From Acidobacteriota bacterium (GTDB lineage: Bacteria > Acidobacteriota > UBA890 > WLXD01): DNA of 64,000 nucleotides. The DNA is taken from assembly GCA_965205505.1 (NCBI GenBank), contig CBDBHB010000007.1, positions 512,001-576,000 on the forward strand. Reading direction: 5' to 3'. The translations under genes were made by a program, and so were the position numbers. The notes under the pieces were generated by a model. That model worked only from the letters and a program-made list of their open reading frames with translations, was not told where the DNA came from and searched no databases. Positions 11,752 through 21,344 of this stretch are shown one piece after another (within the stretch, counting starts at the first letter, position 1; each line of letters starts with the position of its first letter).

Positions 11752-13566
11752 CTACGGATTGAACGCCCGGTAGTAGTCGCCGCCCACGTACCGCGCGGAT
11801 AGCGTCCTGCCGGCCGCGAGGGCGCCGAAGTGGATCCGTTCTGCGGCGTCTTCATCCCCGACGGCGAAGACACCGTCCTCGAGGGGGAAGAGTTGCTGCG
11901 CCGATCCCTGGGGATAGACCAGGTAGAGGCGCCCCTTGCGAGCCAGGACGCGGAAGTTGCTCATCCAGGGGTTGTGCGAGCGATAGTGACCCTCGTAGGA
12001 GCGCCACGACTCCGGCAGCTCGAAGCTCTCAGGCCCGGTGTAGCGCTTGTGGCGGAACCACTCCGCGCCGTGGAACGCCTCCACCACGTCGCCGTCCTCA
12101 CGCCCGACGACAAGCGGGAACCGTGCGAACTCCGGGTGGTCGACGACGAACGCATCGTTCCTCGAGCGCAACAGGCGAATGCGCTCCGGTGCCGGGTTGG
12201 ACTCGGAGCCGCGGCTGGGGGCGACCTCGAGGAAGAGCCTGCCTCCATCCGCTACGACCGCCACCTGCCTGGAGTCGGATCGGTACGTACCGGTGTACTC
12301 CTGTGTGTCCTCGATGCGCTCGCGATCCGGCGCCTGCGGCAGCGCGGGTAGCTTCTCGCCACGGCGAACCGCGGCGGCCAGGTCGAGCGCGAAACGCGCC
12401 ACGGCTCCGGCCGGGCCTCCGGCGTTCATCATCACCGCCGCACCCAAGCCAGCATCCAGGTCCGCGATGATGCTTGACACGAACGAGAGATGGCCGCCGC
12501 CATGAGTCAACACCGTACGGCCGTCCGCCTCCAAGACGTTGATGCCGTAGCCGTAGTAGGCGTTGTCCGCGAACTCCGTCCATCTGCCGGTGAACAGCTG
12601 AAAACTGTCCTCGGACAGGATCCGGCCGCCGGGTCCCTGGCCCCCGTTGAGCAGCATGCGGAGATAGGCGGCCATGTCGGCCGGAGTTGACGTGACGCTA
12701 CCATCGCCCGCGCCGTACTCGTGCCAGCCGGCCGGGACAAGGAGAGCCCCGGGAAGCGTCGGACGATCGTCGTGCAGGGGCCGGTAGGCGACGGCGGACA
12801 GCTGTCGCGTCTCAGCGGTGATCGACCCGTGCGACGCTGCCATGCCGAGCGGCTCCAAGATGCCAGCCTCGAGAATCTTGCCGAGTGGCTCGCCGCGTAC
12901 CGCTTCGAGCAACAGCCCCAGGGTCTTGTACCCGACATTGGAGTAGTGGAAGCGCTCGCCCGGCCCGGTGGTGAGCCGCGAGTGGCGCAGGGCCCACGCC
13001 TCGTAGTACCCGTGCGGTGCGAGGTCCGAGCCCCCGATGATCCCCGCCGTATGGGTGAGCAGATCGTGCACGGTAATCGGTGGCCGATCAGACTGGATCT
13101 CGAACCAGGGCAGATAGGTGTGCACGGGGGCGTGCAGATCGATCGTTCCCCGCTCGTGCTCCTGCAGGATGGCGATGGCGGTGAACGACTTGCCAATCGA
13201 GCCCATCAGAAACAGCGTGTCCGGCCGCACCGGGCTGCGGGCATCGAGGTTGGCAAAGCCGTAGGTCCAGACCCCCAGGAGACGATCCGTATCGGTCAGC
13301 GCCAGCGCCATGCCGGGCAGGGCCCATTCATCGATCTGCTGCTGGGCGTAGCGATCCAGCAGGGTGAACGCCTCGTACCACGATTCCTCGAGATCCGAGG
13401 CGACCTCCTGGTACTGAAGGGCGGTCGGTTCAAGCACGGTGTCGGCGGAGTTGCTGCAACTGCTGGCGAGGATCAAGACACCAGCGAGCGACCCGCTGAT
13501 CAGCAGAACCCGATATCGAGACGTCGTGTACTTGTACTGGCTCCGTTTCGGATACTTCATGGGCAA
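11752..13566 (-). CDS. Serine hydrolase (beta-lactamase/PBP family) lipoprotein
   Basis: SIGK (SxxK), LLTHTAG, YSN, HGG; lipobox ASSC. Confidence 0.9.
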   Translation of the reverse strand: MPMKYPKRSQYKYTTSRYRVLLISGSLAGVLILASSCSNSADTVLEPTALQYQEVASDLEESWYEAFTLLDRYAQQQIDEWALPGMALALTDTDRLLGVWTYGFANLDARSPVRPDTLFLMGSIGKSFTAIAILQEHERGTIDLHAPVHTYLPWFEIQSDRPPITVHDLLTHTAGIIGGSDLAPHGYYEAWALRHSRLTTGPGERFHYSNVGYKTLGLLLEAVRGEPLGKILEAGILEPLGMAASHGSITAETRQLSAVAYRPLHDDRPTLPGALLVPAGWHEYGAGDGSVTSTPADMAAYLRMLLNGGQGPGGRILSEDSFQLFTGRWTEFADNAYYGYGINVLEADGRTVLTHGGGHLSFVSSIIADLDAGLGAAVMMNAGGPAGAVARFALDLAAAVRRGEKLPALPQAPDRERIEDTQEYTGTYRSDSRQVAVVADGGRLFLEVAPSRGSESNPAPERIRLLRSRNDAFVVDHPEFARFPLVVGREDGDVVEAFHGAEWFRHKRYTGPESFELPESWRSYEGHYRSHNPWMSNFRVLARKGRLYLVYPQGSAQQLFPLEDGVFAVGDEDAAERIHFGALAAGRTLSARYVGGDYYRAFNP

Positions 13567-13641
13567 TGACCCCAGGTCAGGCCTAGTCTGGTGCCGGGTT
13601 TCACGGCGCTACCAGAGGGAGGTGCTTGTGCACCTGCAGCC
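13507..13641 (-). mobile_element. Remnant of an IS5-family (IS903-like) left end and transposase N-terminus
   Basis: MPMKYPKRSQYKYTTSRYRV resembles, from memory, the start of IS5/IS903-group transposases that precedes NWxxY. A possible GGC...GTGCA terminus lies near 13624-13641. Confidence 0.5.
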
Positions 13642-13751
13642 TATCGCTGGACCGGACGAGCGCCAACAGGCGCAAGCGGTCGGGCCGGAGGTCAGAACCT
13701 CCCGGCGGCGCCAGCGAGCAGGAACAGCTCCTGCCGCTCGGCCGGCGAAAG

Positions 13752-13791
13752 TTGAAATTCGTGGAGCTTCAACGTACGCTAATACGTACGT
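13752..13791 (+). promoter_or_regulatory. Sigma70 promoter and autoregulatory operator of yefM-yoeB
   Basis: TTGAAA-17 bp-TACGCT, overlapped by two GTAC-centred palindromes (ACGTACG and ACGTACGT). Confidence 0.7.
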
Positions 13792-13808
13792 CATAGAGAG
13801 AGTGCGCA

Positions 13809-14051
13809 ATGACCACGATCACAGCGACGGAAGCGCGCAAGAAGCTCTACAACCTGATCGACGAGGTGCAGGAATCGCACGATCCCGTGCAGATCACCGG
13901 CAAGCGCGGCAATGCCGTACTGATCAGCGAGGACGACTGGCACGCGGTACAGGAGACGCTATACCTCGTATCGATTCCGGGAATGCGCCAGTCCATCCGC
14001 AAGGGTATGGCCACGCCCGTTGACGAGCTCGAGGAACAGCTCGACTGGTGA
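13809..14051 (+). CDS. yefM: Phd/YefM antitoxin
   Basis: TITATEARKKLYNLIDEV...GNAVLISEDDW...QETLYL. Confidence 0.95.
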   Translation: MTTITATEARKKLYNLIDEVQESHDPVQITGKRGNAVLISEDDWHAVQETLYLVSIPGMRQSIRKGMATPVDELEEQLDW

Positions 14052-14311
14052 GCTGGCGACTCGTCTACACGAAAGCAGCGAAGAAAGACGCCAAGAAGCT
14101 CGTGGCGGCTGGCCTCAAACCCAGGACGCAAGCTCTTCTCGAGATCCTCTCAGAGAACCCGTATCAATCCCCACCGCGTTTCGAGAAGCTCGTCGGTGAC
14201 CTCGATGGTGCTTACTCCCGGAGGATCAACATCCAGCACAGGCTTGTCTACCAGATCGTCGCAGACGAGAAGGTGATCAAGGTGCTCCGGATGTGGACGC
14301 ACTACGAGTAG
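14048..14311 (+). CDS. yoeB: Txe/YoeB toxin
   Basis: EKLVGDLDGAYSRRINIQHRLVY, C-terminal WTHYE; overlaps the antitoxin. Confidence 0.95.
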   Translation: MSWRLVYTKAAKKDAKKLVAAGLKPRTQALLEILSENPYQSPPRFEKLVGDLDGAYSRRINIQHRLVYQIVADEKVIKVLRMWTHYE

Positions 14312-14329
14312 CGGAGGGCGATATTCACG

Positions 14330-14500
14330 GCGCGCTCGCCAGCGTGCGTGTTCTGCCACCCATCGAACCGAACCTCGGGAACTGTTGCATCGATGTCTGT
14401 GACGATACGCTCCACGATCACCGGCGTGTCACTGTTCCTGACCTCCTCGAACAGCTCAGTAGGCGCTGCCTTGCCGCGTTCCTCCTCTTCGATCGGTGGG
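14330..14500 (-). pseudogene. Type I restriction subunit R (HsdR) C-terminal remnant
   Basis: Minus strand reads EEEERGKAA/TELFEEVRNSDTPVIVERIVTDID...RFDGWQNTHAGER, which I recognise as an HsdR C-terminal segment. Confidence 0.55.
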
Positions 14501-14555
14501 ACGGAGCGCTCGGTCGCACCTCGAGCACGACCAATCTGAGGGAAGGATCTCGCTC

Positions 14556-15989
14556 TTGGGCATCGACCAAACCATCGACCAGTTCATGCGTCCGCTCGCG
14601 GACGCGATCTACGGCTTCGTCTTCTACGCCGTGCCGGTCGCCGGCGCCGAGCTACCGCTGATCGTGTTGTGGCTGATCGCCGGGGGGCTCTTCTTCACGC
14701 TCTATCTGCGCTTCATCAACATCCGCGGGTTCCAACACGCGCTACACCTGGTCAGCGGCCGGTACGCCGACCCGCTCCACCCAGGGGAGGTCACGCACTT
14801 CCAGGCGTTGGCGACCGCGCTGTCGGGCACCGTCGGCATCGGCAACATCGCCGGCGTTGCGGTGGCGATCTCGGTCGGTGGGCCGGGCGCGACGCTATGG
14901 ATGATCATCGCCGGCCTGCTCGGGATGAGCACCAAATTCGCCGAGTGCACCCTGGCGGTGAAGTTCAGGCACGAGCACGAGGACCGCTCGGTCAGCGGCG
15001 GACCGATGTACTTCCTGGAACGTGGGCTGGCGTTGCGAGAGCTGCCCCGTCTGGGCCGCGCCCTCGGGATCTTCTACGCAGCCGCGATGGTCGTCGGGTG
15101 CCTCGGAATCGGGAACATGTTCCAATCCAACCAGGTCGCGGCGATCCTGATCGACGTCACCGGAGGCACAGACAGCTTCTTCTTCGGCAGGGCCTGGTTG
15201 CTGGGCCTCGCGATGGCGGTCGTCGTGGCGCTGGTGATCCTCGGTGGCATCCAGAGCATCGCCAGAACCACGTCGAAGCTCGTCCCGTTCATGGCGGTGC
15301 TGTACCTGTTCTCGGCGCTGCTCATCCTGGGTCTCAACTTCGAGCAGCTGCCCAGGGCGGTGGGCCAGATCTGGCAGGGCGCGCTGGCGCCGGAATCGAT
15401 CGCCGGCGGCCTGATCGGCGTCATGATCGTCGGCTTCCGGCGTGCGGTCTTCTCGAACGAAGCCGGCCTCGGCTCCGCGGCGATCGCGCACTCCGCGGTG
15501 CGTACCGACGAGCCCGTCACCGAAGGCTTCGTCGCCCTACTGGAGCCGTTCATAGATACCGTCGTCATCTGCACGATGACCGCGCTCGTCATCGTGACGA
15601 CGGTCTACGACCCGGCGCTGGCGTCGACCGAGGTGAGCGGAATCCAGCTGACGACGGAAGCGTTCGCGAGCACGTTGTCATGGTCGCCGGTTCCGCTGTC
15701 GATCGCCGCCGTGCTCTTCGCGTTCTCGACGATGCTGTCCTGGAGCTACTACGGCCTCAAGTCGTTCACGTACCTGGCAGGACATCGTCCGATCGTCGAG
15801 ATCGGCTTCAAGCTCTTCTTCTGCCTCTTCATCGTCCTGGGCAGCAGCATCCAGCTCGGCGCGCTCGTCGACCTGTCGGACGCGCTGATCTTCCTGGTGG
15901 CGATCCCGAATCTCGCGGGGCTCTACCTTCTCGCCCCGGTCTTGAAGGAGGAGCTGATCTCGTATCGGGAGCGCCTCGGACGCTACTGA
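14556..15989 (+). CDS. Alanine/glycine:cation symporter (AGCS)
   Basis: GTVGIGNIAGVA, GGPGATLWM, GGPMY, FSNEAGLGSA; TTG start after GGAAGGA. Confidence 0.92.
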   Translation: MGIDQTIDQFMRPLADAIYGFVFYAVPVAGAELPLIVLWLIAGGLFFTLYLRFINIRGFQHALHLVSGRYADPLHPGEVTHFQALATALSGTVGIGNIAGVAVAISVGGPGATLWMIIAGLLGMSTKFAECTLAVKFRHEHEDRSVSGGPMYFLERGLALRELPRLGRALGIFYAAAMVVGCLGIGNMFQSNQVAAILIDVTGGTDSFFFGRAWLLGLAMAVVVALVILGGIQSIARTTSKLVPFMAVLYLFSALLILGLNFEQLPRAVGQIWQGALAPESIAGGLIGVMIVGFRRAVFSNEAGLGSAAIAHSAVRTDEPVTEGFVALLEPFIDTVVICTMTALVIVTTVYDPALASTEVSGIQLTTEAFASTLSWSPVPLSIAAVLFAFSTMLSWSYYGLKSFTYLAGHRPIVEIGFKLFFCLFIVLGSSIQLGALVDLSDALIFLVAIPNLAGLYLLAPVLKEELISYRERLGRY

Positions 15990-16116
15990 GCGTTCTTTTG
16001 TGCCCGACCGAGCCGCACAGTACGATCACGAGCCTCGAACCATGCGCGGTCCGCTGAGAAGCGCTTGGCCGAGCACCGAGGCGAACCGTCGGGACAACCG
16101 ATCGCGGGGTGGCTAT

Positions 16117-17826
16117 ATGAACAGATCGATACGAGCCGTCGTCGTAGTCACGCTCGCGCTCGTCGTCGGCTCCGGCGGGTGCGCACCCGGGGGCGACTCG
16201 GGGCCGCAGGCCGACACGATCTTCTTCGGCGGCCACATCGTCACGATGGACCCCGCCCAGCCGTCCGTGGACGCGGTGGCGGTGACCGGCGAGACGATCA
16301 CGGCCGCCGGCACACTCGACGAGATCATGGCGCTGCAGAGCGCCTCGACGCGCGTCGTCGACCTCGGTGAGCGTGCGCTGCTGCCCGGTTTCATCGACGC
16401 ACACGGTCACTTCCTCGGAGCGGGGCGCGCGCTCGATGCTCTGTCGCTCCACTCCCCGCCGGTGGGGGACGTCACGAACAGCGACGAGCTCGTCGCCAAG
16501 ATTCGGCGCTGGATCGAGGAGAAGGAGATCCCGCCGGGTGAGGTCGTCTCCGGAGGGGGCTATGACGACTCGCTGCTCGACGAGAAGCGCCATCCGACGC
16601 GCTTCGATCTCGATCGAGCGTCGACCGAGCACCCGATCGTCATCGTTCACGTATCGGGGCATCTCAGGGCGGCCAACTCCGCAGCGCTCGCGGCGAGCAA
16701 CATAACGGCCGACACACCCGACCCCGCGGGCGGCCACATCAGGCGGGTCGAGAGCTCGAAGGAGCCGAACGGTGTCTTCGAGGAACGCGCCGGCCGGCTT
16801 CTCGTCGGCGGAGGCTCGTCGCCGACGCCCGAGGAATTCGACGAGCTGATCCGCAAGTCGATCGACGTCTATCTCGGCTACGGCACCACCACGATCCAGA
16901 ACGGTGGCGGCACGAGCCCGGAGATGGTCGAGACGATCCGCGCGGCCGCCGAGCGAGAGCCGCTGCTCGCCGACGTGGCGGTCTTCACGAGCGCTGACGC
17001 GATCCTGGAGAATCGGCTCCAGCACGAGCCGAGCTACCGAAACGGCTTCCGCGTCGCGGGCGTCAAGTTCGTGCTCGACGGCTCGCCCCAAGGGCGCACG
17101 GCATGGGTCACCGAGCCGTACGAGGAAGGACCGCCCGGGGCACCGGCGGACTACCGGGCCTACGGGACGATGGATCCGGACGTCTACAAAGCCCAGGCGG
17201 CGGCGCTGATCGAGCGGGGCGTGCCCTTCCTCGCCCACGGCAACGGCGACGCCGCTATGGACCTGATGCTCGACGGCGTCGACGAGGCGGTCTCCGGCAT
17301 GGACGCGACGCCGGATCACCGCTCGGTGATCATCCACGCACAGCTCATGCGCGCCGACCAGCTCGACCGCGCCGCCGAGCTGAGCGTCGTGCCCTCGTTC
17401 TTCGCCGCGCACACCTTCTTCTGGGGCGACTGGCACCGGATCAGCTTCGGCGAGGAGCGAGGGAGCAACATCAGCCCGCTACGCTGGGCGATCGACCGGG
17501 GCGTGCGCTTCACCGTGCACAACGACGCCTCGGTCGTCCCGCCGGACATGATGCGCCTGATCTCGATCACCGTGAACCGGAAGACTCGTAGCAGTCACGT
17601 TCTCGGACCCCATCAGCGCGCCACGATCCAGGAGGCGCTGCACGCGGTCACGCTCGGCGCTGCGTATCAGTACTTCGAGGAGGACCGGAAGGGCTCGATC
17701 ACCGTGGGGAAACAGGCAGATCTCGTGATCCTGGGGCAGAACCCGCTCACGTCAGATCCGGCCGAGCTCGAGAACATCCCGATCATGGAGACATTCTCGC
17801 GGGGTCGGTCAGTCTACACGCGATGA
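16117..17826 (+). CDS. Amidohydrolase_3 family lipoprotein
   Basis: Lipobox SGGC, PGFIDAHGH, KFVLDGS, HGNGD, IIHAQ, GSITVGKQAD. Confidence 0.9.
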   Translation: MNRSIRAVVVVTLALVVGSGGCAPGGDSGPQADTIFFGGHIVTMDPAQPSVDAVAVTGETITAAGTLDEIMALQSASTRVVDLGERALLPGFIDAHGHFLGAGRALDALSLHSPPVGDVTNSDELVAKIRRWIEEKEIPPGEVVSGGGYDDSLLDEKRHPTRFDLDRASTEHPIVIVHVSGHLRAANSAALAASNITADTPDPAGGHIRRVESSKEPNGVFEERAGRLLVGGGSSPTPEEFDELIRKSIDVYLGYGTTTIQNGGGTSPEMVETIRAAAEREPLLADVAVFTSADAILENRLQHEPSYRNGFRVAGVKFVLDGSPQGRTAWVTEPYEEGPPGAPADYRAYGTMDPDVYKAQAAALIERGVPFLAHGNGDAAMDLMLDGVDEAVSGMDATPDHRSVIIHAQLMRADQLDRAAELSVVPSFFAAHTFFWGDWHRISFGEERGSNISPLRWAIDRGVRFTVHNDASVVPPDMMRLISITVNRKTRSSHVLGPHQRATIQEALHAVTLGAAYQYFEEDRKGSITVGKQADLVILGQNPLTSDPAELENIPIMETFSRGRSVYTR

Positions 17827-17920
17827 GTCGATGGCCGCGGCGCGGCACGGCGGAAGGAGAAGATGGCAGTGAATCGGACGACGGTCTCGGGATGAACCTG
17901 GCACAGGAAATGAGGATCTA

Positions 17921-19654
17921 GTGGCTAAACAAACGATGACCCCCTCCGAGGCGCTCGTCGAAACGCTCGTCGCGGAGGGCGTGACCGACGTATTCGGGCT
18001 CGTGGGCTCGGCGTTCATGGATGCGCTCGACCTCCTTCCGGATGCGGGCATCCGCTTCATCCCGGTGGCCCACGAGCAGGCCGCGGCGCACGCCGCCGAC
18101 GGTCTCGCCAGGGTCACCGGCATGCCTCAGACGTGTCTCGCCCAGAACGGCCCGGGCGCCGCGAACTTTGTCTCCGCGATCGCCGCCGCGTACTGGGCGC
18201 ACTCCCCGGTCGTCGCCATCACGCCTGAGGCCGGCTCCGGCGGAATCGGGACGGGCGGCTTCCAGGAGCTCGACCAGATGGCGATGTTCGCCGAGCAGAC
18301 CGTGTACCAGGTCAGGGTCAACCGGCCCGACCGCATGGCCGAGCTCACCCGGCGCTGCTTCTATCGCGCCAAGCTCGAGCTCGGCCCGACGCAGCTCAAC
18401 GTCCCGCGGGATTACTTCTTCGGGGATACCGAGCAGGAGATCTTCGCCACCCCGACGCTCGGCCCGGGCCGTCCGCGCCGAGAGGACATCGCGGAAGCCG
18501 TGCGCCTCCTCGAGGGGGCCGAGTACCCCGTGATCATCTCCGGCGGCGGCGTCAGTCAGGGAGAGGCGCTCTCCGAGGTCTCAGCGCTCGCCGAGCACCT
18601 CAGCGCGCCCGTGGTCAACACGTACCTGCACAACGACACGTTTCCCTACACCCACCCGCTCGGCTGCGGGCCGCTCGGCTACCTCGGGTCGAAGGCCGCG
18701 ATGCGAACCCTCGCCAAGGCGGACGTCGTGTTGGCGCTCGGCACGAGGCTCGGCGTGTTCGGGCTGCTCCCCCAGTACGAGATGGCGTACTGGCCCGAGG
18801 ACGCTGTTCTGATCCAGGTCGACCGCGATGCGAAGCAGTGGGGGCTGAGCAAGATCCCAGATCTCTTCTCGATGGCGGACGTGAAGGAGTACACCGCGGA
18901 GCTACTCGGGGCGCTGAAGGAAGCGGGGCCCGCCCGTCCGAGAGACGAGGACCGCCTCGCCGACGTGGCCCGTGAGAAGGCCGAGTGGGACGGCGAGCTC
19001 GAGGAGCGGTCGTCTTCGACCAGCGCGCTCATGCACCCCAGGCGCTTCCTTTGGGAGCTGCAGCTCGCGCTCCCCGACGACGCCCTCGTCGCCACCGACG
19101 TGGGCAACACCTGCTCCATCACCAACGGGTACCTGCGCGGCTTCAAGGGGGGCCAGCAGCACCTCGCCGCGCTCACCTGGGGCAATTGCGGATTCGCCTA
19201 CGGCTGCGCGATGGGCGCCAAGGTCGGCAAGCCGCAGGCGCCGGTCTTCGCCATGCAGGGCGATGGTGCTTGGGGGATCAGCGGCCTCTCAGAGGTGATG
19301 ACTGCCGTGCGGGAGAACATTCCCGTCATCGCGATCGTCATGAACAACCACGAGTGGGGCGCCGAGAAGAAGAATCAGATCGACTTCTACGACAACCGCT
19401 TCGTCGCCGTCGACCTGCCGGACAACCCCGATTACGCCAAGCTCGCCGAGGCGATGGGCGCCAAGGGCTACACTGTGGACGACTACCGGGACGTCCAGGA
19501 CGTGGTGCGGGACGCCATAGCTTCCGGCGAGCCTTGTGTCATCAACGCGATCGTCGAGGGTGGCGAGAACGTGCTGGCGGCGCCCTTCCGCCGCGACGCA
19601 ATGGCGGTGCCGACGCGTCATCTGGAGAAGTACGCACACCTGGATCTGAACTAG
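17921..19654 (+). CDS. xsc: Sulfoacetaldehyde acetyltransferase (ThDP-dependent)
   Basis: GSAFMD, AQNGPG, AYWAHSPVV, LHNDTFP, GDGAWG, WGAEKKNQIDFY, PFRRDA; adjacent to tpa. Confidence 0.92.
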   Translation: MAKQTMTPSEALVETLVAEGVTDVFGLVGSAFMDALDLLPDAGIRFIPVAHEQAAAHAADGLARVTGMPQTCLAQNGPGAANFVSAIAAAYWAHSPVVAITPEAGSGGIGTGGFQELDQMAMFAEQTVYQVRVNRPDRMAELTRRCFYRAKLELGPTQLNVPRDYFFGDTEQEIFATPTLGPGRPRREDIAEAVRLLEGAEYPVIISGGGVSQGEALSEVSALAEHLSAPVVNTYLHNDTFPYTHPLGCGPLGYLGSKAAMRTLAKADVVLALGTRLGVFGLLPQYEMAYWPEDAVLIQVDRDAKQWGLSKIPDLFSMADVKEYTAELLGALKEAGPARPRDEDRLADVAREKAEWDGELEERSSSTSALMHPRRFLWELQLALPDDALVATDVGNTCSITNGYLRGFKGGQQHLAALTWGNCGFAYGCAMGAKVGKPQAPVFAMQGDGAWGISGLSEVMTAVRENIPVIAIVMNNHEWGAEKKNQIDFYDNRFVAVDLPDNPDYAKLAEAMGAKGYTVDDYRDVQDVVRDAIASGEPCVINAIVEGGENVLAAPFRRDAMAVPTRHLEKYAHLDLN

Positions 19655-19667
19655 TGGCCTGTAACAG

Positions 19668-21080
19668 ATGATCGACAAACACGCTCCGCTCGCCGCCCAC
19701 GATGCCTCCGACATCGTCGAAAAGGACAAGAAGCACCTTTGGCATCACCTCCTCCAACACAAGGTCCTGGAGGAGTCCGACCCGAAGATCTTCGTCGAGG
19801 GCACGGGCGCTCGCCTGCGCGACATCGAGGGGACCGAGTACCTGGATGCGTCGTCCGGCGGCGTGTGGTGCGTCAACGTCGGGTACGGTCGTGAGAGCAT
19901 CGCCGAGGCGATACGCGACCAGCTCTTGAAGCTGCCCTACTACGCGGGCGTGGCGGGCACCGTGCCCGCTGCGGAGTACGCGGATCAGCTGACGGACCTA
20001 CTCCCGGGTCTCGATCGCGTCTTCTTCGCCTCGAGCGGCTCCGAGGCGAACGAGAAGGCGTTCAAGATGGTCCGCCAGATCGCCCACCTGAACGGCCACG
20101 ACAAGCACAAGGTCCTGTACCGGGACCGTGACTATCACGGAACCACGATCGCGTGCCTCGCGGCCTCGGGTCAGTCAGAGCGTAAAGAGGGGTACGGTCC
20201 CTTTCCGGACGGATTCGTGGGAATACCACACGCGCTTTGTTATCGCTGCCCGTTCGGGAAGTCGTATCCGAGCTGTGACCTGGAGTGCGCGCGCGCTCTC
20301 GACGACGCGATCGTCGAAGAGGGGCCCGACACGGTCGGCGGCGTTATTCTCGAGTCAATCACCGCGGGAGGCGGTGTTATCCCCCCAGTCGACGAGTACT
20401 ACCCCATCGTCCAGGACATCTGCGAGCAGTACGGCGTCGTTCTGATCATCGACGAGGTCGTGTGCGGCTTCGGGCGCACCGGGACGATGTTCGGCTTCGA
20501 GCACTACGACGTCGCGCCCGACATCGTCACACTGGCGAAGGGTATGGCGAGCGCTTACGCGCCGATCTCGGCCACGGCCGTGCGCAGCGAGATCTTCGAA
20601 GCCTTCCTCAACGACCCGAGCGACCCGCTCGACTACTTCCGTGACATCAGCACATACGGCGGCTGCACTGGCGGATTCGCCGCCGCGCTCGAGAACCTGC
20701 GCATCATCGAGGAGGAGGCGCTGGTCGAGAACGCCCGCGTCGTCGGTGCGTACCTCCTCGACCGCCTCCGTGACCTCGCCGACCACCAGAGCGTGGGAGA
20801 CGTGCGCGGCAAAGGCCTCTTCGCGGGTGTGGAGCTGGTTGCCGACAAAGCCACGAGAGAGCCGCTCGGTGAGGAGGCGATGGGTGCGGTCATGCGTTCC
20901 ATCACTGCGGAGGGCGTGCTCGTCGGGCGCACGAACCGGAGCCTGCCCGGCTACAACAACACGGTGAACATCGCTCCGCCGCTCATCGTGACGGAGTCGG
21001 ATGTCGACGAGATCGTGGCGGCCCTGAAGGTCGGGATCGAGAAGGGGTGTCGGGACTCGGTCTCTTCGATTCCACGATGA
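19668..21080 (+). CDS. tpa: Taurine-pyruvate aminotransferase (class III PLP)
   Basis: SGGVWCVNVGYGR, SGSEANEKAFK, RDRDYHG, LAKGMASAY, YFRDISTYGGC; operonic with xsc. Confidence 0.88.
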   Translation: MIDKHAPLAAHDASDIVEKDKKHLWHHLLQHKVLEESDPKIFVEGTGARLRDIEGTEYLDASSGGVWCVNVGYGRESIAEAIRDQLLKLPYYAGVAGTVPAAEYADQLTDLLPGLDRVFFASSGSEANEKAFKMVRQIAHLNGHDKHKVLYRDRDYHGTTIACLAASGQSERKEGYGPFPDGFVGIPHALCYRCPFGKSYPSCDLECARALDDAIVEEGPDTVGGVILESITAGGGVIPPVDEYYPIVQDICEQYGVVLIIDEVVCGFGRTGTMFGFEHYDVAPDIVTLAKGMASAYAPISATAVRSEIFEAFLNDPSDPLDYFRDISTYGGCTGGFAAALENLRIIEEEALVENARVVGAYLLDRLRDLADHQSVGDVRGKGLFAGVELVADKATREPLGEEAMGAVMRSITAEGVLVGRTNRSLPGYNNTVNIAPPLIVTESDVDEIVAALKVGIEKGCRDSVSSIPR

Positions 21081-21199
21081 TCGTCGTCGGCTCGATGATC
21101 GGCTCGAGCATCTATGTAGCGCTCTCGGAGATCCAGGGCCAGAGCCATTGGGAGTAGCGAGCGAACGCGACTCTGACCGCTGCGATCAGGCCGGCAACC

Positions 21200-21307
21200 C
21201 TTGTAATTGTTCTTTTCACCTACCGGACCTCCACGACGTGGCCGGGCCTGATCATCGTGCTACTCGGCGTCCCGGTCTACTTCGTGTGGCAACGCAGCAG
21301 CAGCTAG
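21200..21307 (+). pseudogene. APC amino-acid permease C-terminal remnant
   Basis: LFTYRTSTTWPGLIIVLLGVPVYFVWQR* with no upstream gene body. Confidence 0.6.
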
Positions 21308-21344
21308 TCCAAAGCTGTGTCGAGTAGCTGTCTCCAACCAACTC

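Noticed and set aside
11752-13566. Antibiotic-resistance beta-lactamase
   Set aside because: The long lipoprotein with C-terminal extensions is typical of generic serine hydrolases. Resistance cannot be inferred.
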